NCBI RefSeq assembly: GCF_964204645.1
Contig: NC_134026.1
Span: forward strand, 27,562,150 to 27,626,149
Reading direction: 5' to 3'
Source: Tubulanus polymorphus
Lineage: Eukaryota > Animalia > Nemertea
Length of the DNA: 64,000 bases
Positions 50,539 through 64,000 of the stretch are shown in pieces. Position 1 is the first letter of the stretch. Each line of letters opens with the position of its first letter. The notes beneath the pieces are model-generated. The model searched no databases, had not been told where the DNA came from, and worked only from the letters and a program-made list of their open reading frames with translations. A program made the translations under genes and the position numbers.

Positions 50539-53500
50539 ATGTCGTCTTCTAGATTTTCTTCAAGGCACAGAGATGGTTAGTAATTTTATTCTCTAAATGG
50601 AACATGAATTTAAAAACTCAAGTCAAAGCTGGTAACGTTATACAGCCTTAATAATTTATCCAGATGATGACACATACAGAGCTAGGTGCTGGTAATAAAT
50701 TATTTCTAGAAACTGCTCTCATCCAGAAATCCAATTTTCGAATAGATATAAGGTTTCCGATGACAATGAGCATTCAGGACATTGAATTTGTGAATTTAGA
50801 AGAAACCCACTATAATTAAATGTATCCATGGGTGATATTTTAGCCTAACGTCATTATTTCTATCAGTACTTATACGCCATAAGCTGTTTCATATTGATTT
50901 CTATCCTAATGTCAGTTACATAGTTTAGCAGTATTTGCAGCTGCTACATTTCTCTCACTCTCTCTCTATCAGCAATATTTTCTCATAAAACAATAACGCT
51001 CATTCATATATGCACAGATATAACATTCAGTGTTATCTTTCTGTTCAATGAAAATTCCCGCCGCGTGTAGAAAACCACAAAATGAACAAATATTTTTACG
51101 GCACATATCGCAAAATAATTTGTAGTCTATATTACGAAATGCATTTTAGATCTCACCGATTATCACTTCAAATTATGAATGAAATATACATGTCACTAAA
51201 TGTGCAAATTTCATTTTGAAAATTCAGGGTTTTCTATGAAATACGTGAATCTAATTAATCTTTTTATAGATATTGTTTAGTAAGATATGATTCTTTTGTA
51301 ATTTTTCTTCAGTTCTATCAAGTTACACAGATTCGACCGGTTCTTCATATCGATCGTCTCTAGTAACCAGTGGAACGGAATCGACGACTCCTTCTAGATT
51401 TTCCTCTCACTATAGTACATCATCCAGCTCGTACACAACTAGTTCAGAACCACCAAATGAATACAAAAACCTCAGCAAAGGCGTCGTTACAACAGAAAAG
51501 AAAGAGCAAAAAGGCCAAGCAGAGGTAAATAAACAAAGGAGCTTTGCATGTGGCCTCAGTCAATAATACAATGCTTGCTTCGATCATGGACTCATGATTC
51601 GATCGAATGATTAATGGATATTCTGATATATTACAATGTTACAGTACTCATATAACAAGTCAGCATACTGGATGATGATAATATGGCGCTCTACAACAAT
51701 CTTGTATCTTCTTCACCCGATTAAGAATATGATGAATAAAGATTTATTTTGAGCATTTTTAACGAACACAGAAGCTGCATTAAGAAAAGAAAAACAATCT
51801 AAAAGCAATAACGCTAGACATTGGTCGAGGCAAGCATTCATAACATTCATAATAGGAACCACGAGCTATTTCATTCCCATGTCTTGGTTAAGATAGAACA
51901 TCTTAAAATACGAATCTCATTAATGTTTTAAAGGATTTTGACTCAGACGAGCTGAGTTCCAGGTGTAATACACCGGTAACACGTTACTCTAAAGCATGGA
52001 ACCAGTTCTAATACCGTGAGTCACATCACTTACAAAAATTCTGCCTCTCAGCCATTTTTAAAAAAAAGAATAAATACTTGCATCGATGATAAGCACAGAA
52101 AAACCGCTGATCGCTGGAATGATTTTGATATGATTGAGTCATAACTGATCATTGTCTGTAACTGGTTTCCATAGGTATCAGTACCGGTATATAAATGTAA
52201 ATGCTCATACGAAGCTACACAACAAAACTCTAAAACTATATTTCTAATCATATTCTATATTTCTTGTCGTCACGCATTCAAAGGTTGTGTATTTGGTAAG
52301 TATTCTCAACCACATGTAGCTTAGTTTATCTCTGAAATGGTGTTTAATTTTTTGTTCAGTATTTTTTTGTAATACCAATTCTCCCTTAAGTCCTTAAAAA
52401 TTGACTCAAATATCTCATTGTCTGACAAACAAACGTTTTATTGTATCGTATCAATTTTCGCTGGTGAGTCTCTGGATGATAAAAGGGGTCGGAATCGCAT
52501 TGGAGCCACGCTTATATACACGTGTAGGCCTCCCTCTGCCAGATGATAAAAACTAATTGGTTATTTCTGCACATGTAATATCAGTAACATTATTCATGCT
52601 TTTTTAAACGCATGTGTTTTCAACGTGTCACTTATTATTGGTGAAATGTTAATCGAATCGACTTTAATTTGTCCGTGTAGCGGGTAAAGAGCTCAGTTCC
52701 AGCGGTGTCAATCGCTATAGGTTTAATTACTAGTCGCTTGTCGGCCTGAGAAAATACATCTGGCCGATTAAAACGGCGACCTTTTTAGGTCGACTAATTT
52801 GTAAATTGGCGTAATATTCGTCAATACATTGTTAGTCAGGCCTGAAATATACGGCAGTTCCATCTGAGATGGATTTAACGTCGTTAGATGAATGTATTCG
52901 GTCTTTGATGGATATGACGACAGATACGACGATGAATGAAAGTAGGTTATTAGAATCGAAAGGGATTATCCAGCGCTGGAATTCATTATCAAAAAAAGTT
53001 TACGTAAGTTGGCAAAAAGAGTACGCAATGTTTGTTTAGAACCATCCAGCAACAAAAGGTGACGTTTTCAAAAATGTTTATGATGTCAGCAAGCAGGGCG
53101 TCGTACATGAAGTACAAAGCAAAATTATGTTTAGTTCATTTTTTTCAATAGCGATGAAATGTGACATTTAAAACTACGCGATATAGAACATGAATATGAC
53201 AGATGGATTCAGATTTCTGCCCTGTTTCCTGATTACGATGATAAAGGTTGATCGATAGATGCTCCGCAGACTTGAACCCATGACCCCGCCATCTAATAAA
53301 AATGTTTTTCCGGTTCCCGGATTTTCAACTTAACCTTCCGTTAAACCATTGATTCGTATCAAATGTTACGATTTACGCTATTACTAACAAACCATCGTTC
53401 ATTGAAGCCAGATTCTTGGTGGTATTTTTGATGAATATTCAATAAACAAACTTTCTGAACTGCACTGATCCAGCGAATATTACATGCCATGTATAACTAT

Positions 53501-56500
53501 CTGATCACAATCTTAATGTGAAGAACGAGCAATTAATTAGTGACTATTACGCAATCTCTGGGGAAATTAGTAAATCTCTGATCTCGTCCAGTAATTATGG
53601 AATATTTCATGATACTCGATGGCGAGGAAGCCTTCCGACCGATGGTAAGGATTGTTGTATTTTCACTGCGATATTTGATGACTGTGTAGAATATATTCAG
53701 ATTTCAGTATAAATCCCCGTATTTAGACATCGAATAACCCATTGATGACACTTTGAAATCTAGAGTAGCCAGATTACGTACAAATATTCTTTGCAACGAC
53801 GAGAAATTGATAGACTTAGAATTTACAAAGATAATTACAATCACAATCGAAAATGTTAAATGCATTTTCTATAAGAAGAACTCGTAAGTAACATTTTGAG
53901 TGATTAACACAGACAGTGTATTGCGTGCTTGCTGTGATGTTTTCTCATGTTTAATTCATTGACTTCTAATTATGATTGGAAACTTGTGGCGAAATTGGTT
54001 CTTGTGTAATTACCTCTCAACATTGTTTCTGGTGACAAAACCGAAACATATAAGCAAATTGCAGTATTGCCATTATCATTTTTATCGTAATCATTATTTT
54101 GATTATGAGATCGTATAGTTTTTCCTGTATCATCATGTCTGATTGGAGAATGCTGCCCCAACCGAGAAAAAAAATCAGGTTACTAAACTAAATAGAGACT
54201 AACCGCATAATTAGACAAATCAGAACCAATTTCGCTATAGGTGGCGGGGTGTTAGTAGCGCACATCAAAATTCCACAGAGTTGACACGTAATTAAAGATA
54301 CATCAATTTACATTGTTTAGGGTGGAGGATCTTACACATACTTATAGCAGAGAAACACGTTCATGTATATGTATTCAAGAATTTTCCACCGAGCGTGTTG
54401 TTAAGTCAAAAAACTGAAATTTCTTTCACATGTGTTAATTTCTTTTTCAGGATGACGAGGAATGCATCGGGTTTGCTTCACTGCCGGATCAAGTGCATCG
54501 CAAAGCTGTTAAAAGAGGATTCAATTTTACTTTAATGGTTGTCGGTAAGCTTTGTAAAACTTTCTAAAACCAAGAGCCTCTTTGTGAAACGATTATCCTG
54601 TTGATAATGTACCAATGTTTTCGATATCTAATCCTTCAGGGTAATTTTAAACCACTGCAGGCATTCAAAATATTTTTTTTTGTTCACATTTCAGGTGAAT
54701 CTGGTTTGGGAAAGTCGACGTTAGTAAACAGTTTATTTTTGAAAGACTTGTACGCAGACCGTGTTATCTTGAGCGCAGAACGTAAGAACTCAATTTTAAA
54801 TCAAAAATACAAAAAGAGGATGTATTTTTGGTTATATATAATATAAATATCAATCCGTTTGTTGGTAGTGCATGAAAAACCTTATCCACTACATATTTCA
54901 GAACGAATTGATAAAACTGTGAAAATCGAAAAGAAATATATGGAAATAGAAGAGAAAGGTGTAAGACTACGACTAACAGTGGTGGATACTCCAGGGTTCA
55001 ATGAAGCCATTAACGCGTATGGATGGTAGGTGGATATAAGTGATTGAATATTTATACTTTGTACCGTAGACTCCATGATAAATCGAATTTGTAATTGATT
55101 GTTAACAGTTGGAAGCCCATAGAAGAGTACGTAGATCAGCAGTTTGACCAATTTTTTGAGGACGAAAGTGGACTGAACAGAAAAAATATACAAGATAACC
55201 GAGTACATTGCTGTTTGTATTTCATATCCCCGTACGGGAGAGGGTAAGTGATACCTTACTTAAATTCCAATTTGTCACCTTACAGGTATCAAAACATCTT
55301 GATATCAGAATAGTTATTACCAATTTCTTCCTTGTTTTTCCAGTCTAAGACCAATAGATATAGAATACATGAAGTGTCTACACAAAAAAGTGAACTTAGT
55401 TCCGATTATAGCCAAAGCAGACACTTTATTAGCCAAGGAGGTTCAACAAATGAAAAAACGAGTAAGTAGCCTACGAAGTTAAATCTTGAAAATTTTGTTT
55501 ACCCATTCCCTCCCGTCAGAGGTATTGTCCCGATTAAAAATGATATTGGAATACATATTTACTAGTGTGTCTTTATCATTTGTTTGTTTCAGATTTTAGA
55601 TCAAATAGATGAACATCGAATAAAGATATACGAATTTCCAGATTGTGATAGTGACGAAGATGAAGAATTCAAACTACAGGATAAACTGCTAAAGGTATGC
55701 GTGTATTCACGACGCGATTCAAATGTATAAACCTGTGACTTCTGCTCAAGTAAATACTGATAAACATTTTCTTCATAGTCGACGATACCATTTGCAATAG
55801 TTGGTAGCAATTCTGTAGTGGAGGTAAATGGTAAACGTGTTAGAGGACGTATGTACCCGTGGGGTATAGTCGAAGGTATCATATCTGAACTGTATATTAC
55901 TGCAGCATCAGCCATATACCATATAGAGATTTTTATTTGACATGTTTACTTTTTTTCAAATTTTAGTTGAAAACCCTAAGCATTCCGACTTCTTACAATT
56001 GCGCCAAATGCTTATCAGGTAAGAAAGTGAGCATGTGATGGTTGCAGCTTGATAAAATAAACTTTGATGTATATGATTATCATAGCTACATACGTATGTG
56101 TTTTATTTCAAGCACCCACATGCAAGACCTGAAGGACGTCACTCGGGACGTTCATTACGAAAATTATAGAGCGAAATATATCACCGAGAAAATGACGAAA
56201 CAATTATCAAAAGAGAGAACGTAAGTCAAAGTCCTAGATTATGTTGTGTACGTACAGAGAATGCAAACCATGTCTAGATTGGGCCATTTCTAAAATTGCA
56301 GGAAACTGAAAAGGGAATCGGTTCAGAACTGGGAAGCGCTATCAGATGCAGAAGCCATGCTGCAACAGAAGGATCAAGAGGTACGTATAATGATCCTTGT
56401 ATTACCCTTCTGTCAAATAACAAATTATTAGACTGTTACCACGTTTCATTCCAGATTCTACGAATGCAGGAAATGCTGAAAAAGATGCAAGTACAAATGG

Positions 56501-56532
56501 CCAGGGGTGGTAGTGGTTTGGGGAAGTTATAA
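50539..56532 (+). CDS. Septin, SEPT2 group (SEPT4/5-like), with several candidate first exons
   Basis: [89 protein letters not shown], coiled-coil tail; core begins at 54451. Confidence 0.92.
53989..54235. mobile_element. Possible MITE in septin intron
   Basis: 14-bp perfect inverted repeat gcgaaattggttct / agaaccaatttcgc with degenerate extension. Confidence 0.5.
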
Positions 56533-57767
56533 GTATTTGGAGTGGCCAATCTGATTTTAGTTTTGATCAATGGCAGCATTTAAAATGACAGTACAACATG
56601 GGCATAATATCTGGACAGTGTCACGTCTGTTACGAAGGGCCATATATACTGCGTGTGTTCGAACTGGAGGAAAGACTGGGTTCTGTGTGCAATGCTGCTC
56701 ATTCTTGTTATACGGGTAATACCTGTACCTGCTTTTTATTATGATTTTTTACGCAAGCGATTTTCATAATTGGTGTGTATACTTGTATATGTTTTAGCTA
56801 TGAGCAACTAGCAATTCTTGTAGGGAATGAGATACAAATGTGAATGAAATCAAAATTTCTTGGGCCGCGGTTTGAAAGTTACTGAAGGTATTAGTATCTT
56901 CCATTAAAGACCAAGGTGCTAGCTATGTATTCAACCCCTCGATGTAAGTCCGAATCCCCTGAAATATATCTTGCCAAACGAAAAAGGGCTCAGCAGAACC
57001 CAAGGTTTGTTGTGTGCATATATTATATTATTTCAAATATATAAGAATAAACTGTTGTTCGTTGATGTGTTGTGTAAATAAATGTGGAGTCTTTAGAAAA
57101 GAATTATTTAGTGTTGCTTTAAAAATTATATGTATAAATATTTGAAAACTTTTTTGTAACATAAACGGTCACGTTTGAATCGAATATTCTGTCATAAATT
57201 GAGAATAAATACCGTTTCATATATATATTAAGTAATATACTTATTCATTATTCGGGACGTGTCATCAATTCAACCAGGAGCGAGAATTCTTCGAGGAAAG
57301 CCAGCAGACACCAAATAGATTCCTAGCTTTCATAACGGCATCATCAGTACTGGCAACCTGTGTTTCAACGAGATATTTCACCATTTCTAGTAGATGTAGA
57401 CCGATACTCGATAATCTTCTCAAAAGAATGAATACGAATGAACAATAGCCGTTACTTTTGATTGAAGCATTTATTTTCGATAGCTTCATACTCGTACAAT
57501 AGAACTCAATGATATGCATGCCTTCTGAACAGGAGGCTTTAGCCTTTAAAAGTTTATTGTACCATGATATACGATAGTGCTTCAGAATTTTGCAACAAAA
57601 TTTTACCGTACAAAAAAATATCACATTCATAGATCGAAACAGTAAGAGCTTATTCCATCAATTTGATCTTTAATTAAGTTAGCACAGAGTCGAGTAACCA
57701 AAGATAACCAGTCTCACTTATAAATAATCCAGAATACTTCATTAATAGTTAATCAATTATCAGTTAA

Positions 57768-60700
57768 TTAGTGCGGTCTTCCTCTTCCGCGACCTTGCGG
57801 AGCGCCACCTTCCTGCGCTTTTGGGTTTTTGATCGTTTCATCAACGGATAAGATCAGACAAGTGGCTTCAGACGCAGCAGTAATCGCGTTGATTTTGACA
57901 ACCGCCGGTTCCCAGACACACGCCACAAAATTATCAGCGATATCTTCATTGTTTACATCGACACCGTACCAAATACCACCTATAAATCATTTCAACAGAT
58001 ATGAGAAATTGTAGATCAGTTGATGGAAATTATACAAATTATTATTGTTTAAATAACAGCACTCACCCTGAGCGTGTTTCTGCCGAAGTTTGTTCAGAAT
58101 ATTTGTAGCATCGAATCCAGCATTGTCACATAGCTGTCTAGGTATCGTTTCTAAAGCTTTAGCCATGGCTCCGATCAACAGTTGTTCTTTACCGGGAATT
58201 GTACGCGAATGCTCCCTCAGATATTTACTTAATTCCATCTCGATAGCACCACCGCCTACGACACGAGAATGCAGAATTCACGTCAACGTGTAAGAAGGAA
58301 AAAATATTGATATGGTCAAAATCAAGATCGATGGAAATTCTTACCAGCAACAACTGAATCGTTTTTAATGGCTCGTCGTACGATCATGATAGCATCATGT
58401 AGAGATCTCTGAGTCTCTTCAATGAATTGTTCGGTACCACCACGTAGAATAAGAGTACATGTCTTAGCTTCAGGGCAGCCTTTGAATAAGTTGTATCTGC
58501 AAGAAACATCACTTTTCAATAAATAAAGCCCACACAAAATATCCAACATATAAGCAATGATTCCAAGGGTTGATTCCAAGGGTTTATTACGAGCGAAATT
58601 TAGCTGTGTATAGCTAGTTGATTAGAAGAGGGATTAGAATATAATTCCCCCAAATTTGTTTTCAATTTTCGTCACTATTTCAATGGGCATCTTGCTCACT
58701 AAAGTAACACTACCTTTCACCACCAATCTGCACTTCTTCAAATAATTCACATGCTCCCAGTACATCTTGTTTGAGACTCTGTACAGATGTCTGTATTGAC
58801 CCACCGCAAGCTTTCAACGTTCTCTTCAGATCCTCATCTACAACACGGCCAGCGCAGAATAAATCTCTGTAATTAAGATTAATTTTCACAACTGAATACA
58901 TGATCCAATCTTGAAGAAGATCTCAAATGTAACACCACTACCGTAGTCAAATGAATACCTGTCAGCAAAGTATTGAGTGGCAACATCACCAATTGGCAAT
59001 TTAGACAAAACAACTTTTGCACCACTTTTGTAGATAGCCTCTAACTTTTCATATAGAATATTCCACTCGGCATCCACTATTGATTGATAGTCCTGAAATA
59101 TAGTATTATCGGTAATTCACACTCAATGAAGTTAAGTGACATAAGATAAAATATAACAGTTAACCATCTTAACTTACTTCTACATTGTCTACGCGCACTT
59201 CAGCATTTTCTTTTTCGGATTTCAACTCTAATTCAACGTTAAGTAATGCAATCTTGGGGTTGATGTATTTCTTCGGCTGCATCTCGAAACCGGCATAGCT
59301 GAACGTCTTCTTAAAAGCCACACCATCGACTAACATAGAATCCTACAACACAATCACAAAACATATAACTGACAGTCGATTATCGACATGAAAAGCAGCC
59401 CACAACAGAAATAAATACTGACTTCTAATGCACCGCCCTGAATCTTTTTAATACCAATCATATCTAAAGGCAGTAAATCATCCAACATCATCACAGCATC
59501 GACTACCATTTTAGCGAAGAAATCTTTCTGATGGGCGACAAGTTTAGAGCTGAGAGTAGTGGCTGCACATTTGATAAGTAACTGGCGATGTTCACTGCAA
59601 ATTTAATTGTCATTATCAAATAAATCATTGACAAATGTCAAGTGGTCGCTTAATCAAATATTCAGCTACACTTACACTACATCTTCTTCCTTGATAGTCA
59701 CAGCGATCTCTCTGATTTTTTTCACAACCTAGATAGATACATTCACACAAAAACATCGAACAATTTCTGGTAAAGAATACAATGGTTAAATGCCAGTAAG
59801 CCACATAAGAATAAAACTCACCAGAGCAGTAGCTTTTCTGAAAGCACGAATTATGATTTGAGGATGGACTCCCTCTTCAATATAAGGCTTACACTGTTTC
59901 AGGAAGGCTCCGGCTATCAAAACTACACTAGTCGTACCATCACCGACCTATCGAATAGACACAATAGGAGGACGTTTAGAGAAAAATCAATGAGAATTAC
60001 AATGAGACGCAAGGCTAGAAATACTAACCTCAGCATCTTGGGATTTAGCGATGTCTACAAGTGTTTTCGCTGCTGGATGAACAATATCCAATAACTTCAT
60101 GATTGTGGCTCCATCATTCGATACGGTAGCTTTACCTAAAAACAAAATAATATATGGATTCAGCATTGAATGGCAGGATTTATCAACTACGCAAGGGAAA
60201 TTACAGTTTATAGTCTAAATTATTACCTCCACCATCGACGATGAGCTTATCCATTCCGCGAGGACCCAATGTGGTCCTGACGGCATCAACAATAGCCTGA
60301 CAGGCATTGATATTACTAATCAGCTGTGGTTTGCCTTGAGAAGAATCTGTGCCTTCTTTCAACAAGATTATCCTTGGTTGCTAAAAATAAATTTAATAAT
60401 TCTTACGTTGAAGAGCCGAGAACAGCTCCATGAAAGGCATTTTGTTTGGAGTCTTTCTTGCGGGCCTTCATTCATATCGATCTTTTGAGATTTAAACAAT
60501 TAGACTCGGGCATTAGGGTCGTGATTGGATGCTTAAAATTGAATAGTGATTTGGTGATGTCTTGTTTTTTAAGGTTTACGAATGATCCAAAACAACCAGA
60601 GGAAGATTTGACAGTCGAAATCATTGGAATTTTCTAGACTTCCGGGTTCTGACATGTACCCGGTGTGGACAAATCGAAAAGATTTTCGAGTGTTTTAACA

Positions 60701-60837
60701 GCATATATTTTACACCGTATACTAGAACATGTAGAAAATAGATAATATTTGATTGTATAATGGTATTTAATTATCGTAATCGGTTATAAATCGGCCGATG
60801 ATGCTGGATTTTGCAAAGGTTTCTCACATACCATCAT
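57768..60837 (-). CDS. CCT7: T-complex protein 1 subunit eta
   Basis: 6-nt first coding exon ATGATG (60832-60837), [63 protein letters not shown]-terminal GRGRGRPH. Confidence 0.97.
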
Positions 60838-61074
60838 CTTGCTAGCCGACGCTATGAAATTCCGACCACTCGTAAATTGAAAATTCTTATCTGAAACACG
60901 AAGTAGTGTCAATCTAGATCGGAAGCGATTGATAATAATTTTCACTTTTATTAATTTCAAACCTATTTTAAGCTAATTAGACAAATCATGAGATTCGTGT
61001 GAACTGGGTCTTTTAGTATCAGTTTAATAGATAAATAATTTTACGTTTCATGAATAAGTTCTGAATAATCCAAG

Positions 61075-63904
61075 ATGGAGTCAAGTATTAAAAGTGTAGT
61101 AGTTTGGGAATGGTTTTCTGGCTACTGGAAACCCTACACACCAGTCGTATCATGTTTTATCGAAAGCAGAAGGGATACCGAGACAGAAATACACCTGGCT
61201 CAAGCGGATCCCAGTATGAATCGGTTTATTATAGACGTTGAAAAGCTGTTACAAATCACATCAGATGATGCTGGTAAATGTCAAAAGTCGCACTAATTAC
61301 CACACGAAACCGATCGTCTCAATTGATAACAACAAATCATCCCTAAATTCTTAGGTGTTTTTATGAGCCTACCGACTGAATAAAGTTAGATTACTGTTAA
61401 CTGAACTGACATCTCAATTTTTCTATGTTTTTGGGTATATTTTCGAATTTTTCATAGAGATTAAAAGTTCCCTCTGATTCAAAGAATGCTTTCGGCTCAA
61501 TTACCCAAAATATTCACTGCCGCAACAGTAACAACTTGTCTCTGTTTAATGTGTCATTTTGAAAGACAGCTGGGTTCGTACGCAGACCGTTTATGGAAAC
61601 TTGATATCTGGGTATGAACTCAGTCGTACCCAACAGCTATAATCGATATACATAATTGAAATCGAGTACACAACGCAATCTCATAAAAACGCCTCTTATG
61701 AACTTCAGTTCTAATTGTTTCATTGATCATTAAACGAATATACTGAATTAATATTTATTTGATCGCTAGGGGATTTTTGTATGATACTGGATTTTTTCTT
61801 TTTTAAGGTAAAACAGTCAAGCATCAAATTCCAATCAGAAGAAAGATTTATTCTGCAGATACCCCTCCCGGTTCTGGGGTAGAATGGAAATGGTCGGGAG
61901 ATTCTGGTTCATGGTACCTTTATGATATTGAGACGGCATGTGTATTAGAAAATGCATTTAACAGAAATATCAGCAATGTTGACTTAACAATTGAAAATCC
62001 TAGTCTACCCTATAAAATTGATCTAAAGTCAATGACGCAAACGCGAATTGGGACTGGATTTATAAGGCATGTTCAGAGAGTGCCTTTGACTAGTGTATAT
62101 ACACCAATCTGTATGCCTAACGCAACCAAATCTGCAGCAGCAGTAGCATCATCTAATAGAGTAACTAGGAGTAAATCAGCCGCTGCTGCTGCTGTATCTT
62201 CGACATCCTCGGGCAGAAAATCCGGATTAAAACCTTCCATTTCTCTGATGGCAGTTAAACACGCTCACGGGTCGAGCACAGAATCATCATCTTCATCAAT
62301 AGGGTCTATTGATCATACAGACGATGGACATAGTCCGAAAAAAGTTCGTAAACCTTCAAAAAAGAAGTATAAATGTTCAACAAATTCATCTTCGCCTTCT
62401 AAATCAGTTCCGGCAGTGGTTAATACTCGAAGTCGACTTTTAAAAGGATCAAAATCTGTTGATTCGGGACTAGCTACAAATAATGCCCATTCTTCTGCAA
62501 CTGCTAATCTAGCCAGGTAATGTAAACTGTCTTGGCTTCAAATTTTCATTTGATCAGCATTAAGTTAACTTAAATATTTTCTATTGTTTAGATCAACAAC
62601 TAATTACACATTATCTGGTCGAACAAATCAAGGCTCGCTTATATCGCCAGCAATGACAGGTATCAATACAACTGATAAATTAGTGCATGCTATATTATTA
62701 GATAGATTCAGCTTTTGACAGGAAGAAATTGTTCATTTTTTCAGGTGTTACGAACATGTTACTTCTGCCATTGGTTCCTTTCCTATTGTCATCGAATAAA
62801 TCACTTAATTCACCCATACCCCAACACATCCCTAGTCAACCGTTGAAAGCAACTAAACCCAAAAAGAAGAAAAAGGCATTGAAGTGGCATTCAGTTGAAC
62901 AACAAAAACCAGGCAAGATTGTTGATCATTTTTCATTAATAGATAATTCGACATTACAGCCTTTGTTCTTCCTCTGATGTATTTCTGTCTACCCAACAGT
63001 TGACCGGTCTTTTGATGCAATTGTAAAGAAATACTCTACATTTCTAACAGCAGAGATCCCTGATGAGGTAAATTGAGCAATATCAACCATTTCAAATGAA
63101 AATGACATACCCGGTTGCTAAAACTCGTGTTTTGATAATAGGATTGTTGTATATGCTGTGATCGACTGCATTCAAGCGGTGGATTCAGTGCTGATCACGA
63201 AGAAGAAGCAATTTGTAAATTGAATCGTTGTGACCACATATTTCACAGATCATGTGTATCGGCCATGTATAATAGTGGAACTAAAGATGGCAGTTTACAA
63301 TGTCCTACGTGCAAGATGATTTATGGCGAGAAATTTGGAAACTGTCCTCCAGGTCGAATGGAATACGGCACATTCTCCGCTTCTCTTCCGAGCTTTGACT
63401 GTGAAACTATACGCATTATATATACAATACCTCCTGGAATACAGGTACATAGTACGCAGGTGCGTGTTAAATACTACCACTAGTCACACTATACTCATAC
63501 CTATGATATTTGTATTACGATGTTTCAGGGATCTGATCATCCTCATCCTGGTAAACCCTTCAGCGCAAGAGCATTTCCAAGATACTGCTACTTACCTAAT
63601 AATGAAAATGGTCGCAAGGTTTGTTTGGCTATGAAGATGTGATTTTGTAATGTTTTAACAATGACCATCGAAGTCAAGTTTATTATTTCAGGCATTACAG
63701 TTGTTAGAGATTGCGTGGCGAAGACGATTAACATTTACTATTGGTACATCTGCTACAACTGGGGAACAAAACACAGTAACTTGGAATGAAATTCATCATA
63801 AAACAGAATTTGGTTCAAATGAATCTGGCCATGGCTTCCCCGATACTAATTATTTTGACAATCTGTTTGCTGAATTGGCAGCTCAAGGTGTTACTTGTGA
63901 CTGA
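61075..63904 (+). CDS. DTX: Deltex family E3 ubiquitin ligase (2 WWE, RING, Deltex C-terminal domain)
   Basis: VVVWEW, VEWKW..WYLYD (WWE), [64 protein letters not shown]. Confidence 0.94.
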
Positions 63905-64000
63905 ACTTATAATCTCATGCGGGAAAGTTTTATAAAAACTTGAATCGTGGTTATTATGAAACCGAACAAAAAAGTAAATTTACAGTTTAACTGGTATGTT

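Noticed and set aside
57265-57630. 121-aa minus-strand ORF between septin and CCT7 3' ends
   Set aside because: Lies in the probable CCT7 3' UTR, no domain signal; not excluded without RNA data.
58500-58692. Longer CCT7 intron as possible snoRNA host
   Set aside because: No convincing C/D or H/ACA box arrangement seen; contains only a 13-bp tandem duplication.
1-64000. CRISPR arrays, rRNA, operons or autonomous transposase/RT ORFs
   Set aside because: Sequence is intron-rich animal DNA; no spaced direct-repeat array and no long transposase/RT frame present.

Overview
AT-rich eukaryotic (animal) genomic DNA with compact, multi-exon genes and mostly 60-100 nt GT-AG introns. The vasotocin-type peptide CFVRNCPPG points to a lophotrochozoan; the species cannot be fixed from sequence. 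Gene order: GPAT3/4 (+, 5' truncated), a possible small secreted Cys peptide (-), EXOC6/Sec15 (-), ALKBH4 (-), mevalonate kinase (+), ZSWIM7 (+), a tandem two-unit TPMT-like locus (-), an orphan basic protein (-), a secreted Ser-Gly/single-sushi protein (+), a KCNE-like single-TM protein (-), DMRT2-type factor (-), an ~18 kb apparently gene-free interval with MITEs, an oxytocin/vasopressin-type precursor (+), a SEPT2-group septin (+), CCT7 (-) and Deltex (+). Most notable: (i) a TPMT locus whose second domain has no start codon and can be joined through a splice donor that overlaps the stop codon of domain 1; (ii) a cluster of three small orphan genes, two with RFX X-box motifs; (iii) duplicated alternative first exons and a microexon in EXOC6; (iv) DMRT2 with a DMA-like domain and eh1 motif, head-to-head with the vasotocin gene; (v) a fold-back element with a 9-bp TSD carrying Pol III B-box, CCAAT and NRF1-like motifs. 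All exon models were read by hand; none is backed by transcript or database evidence.
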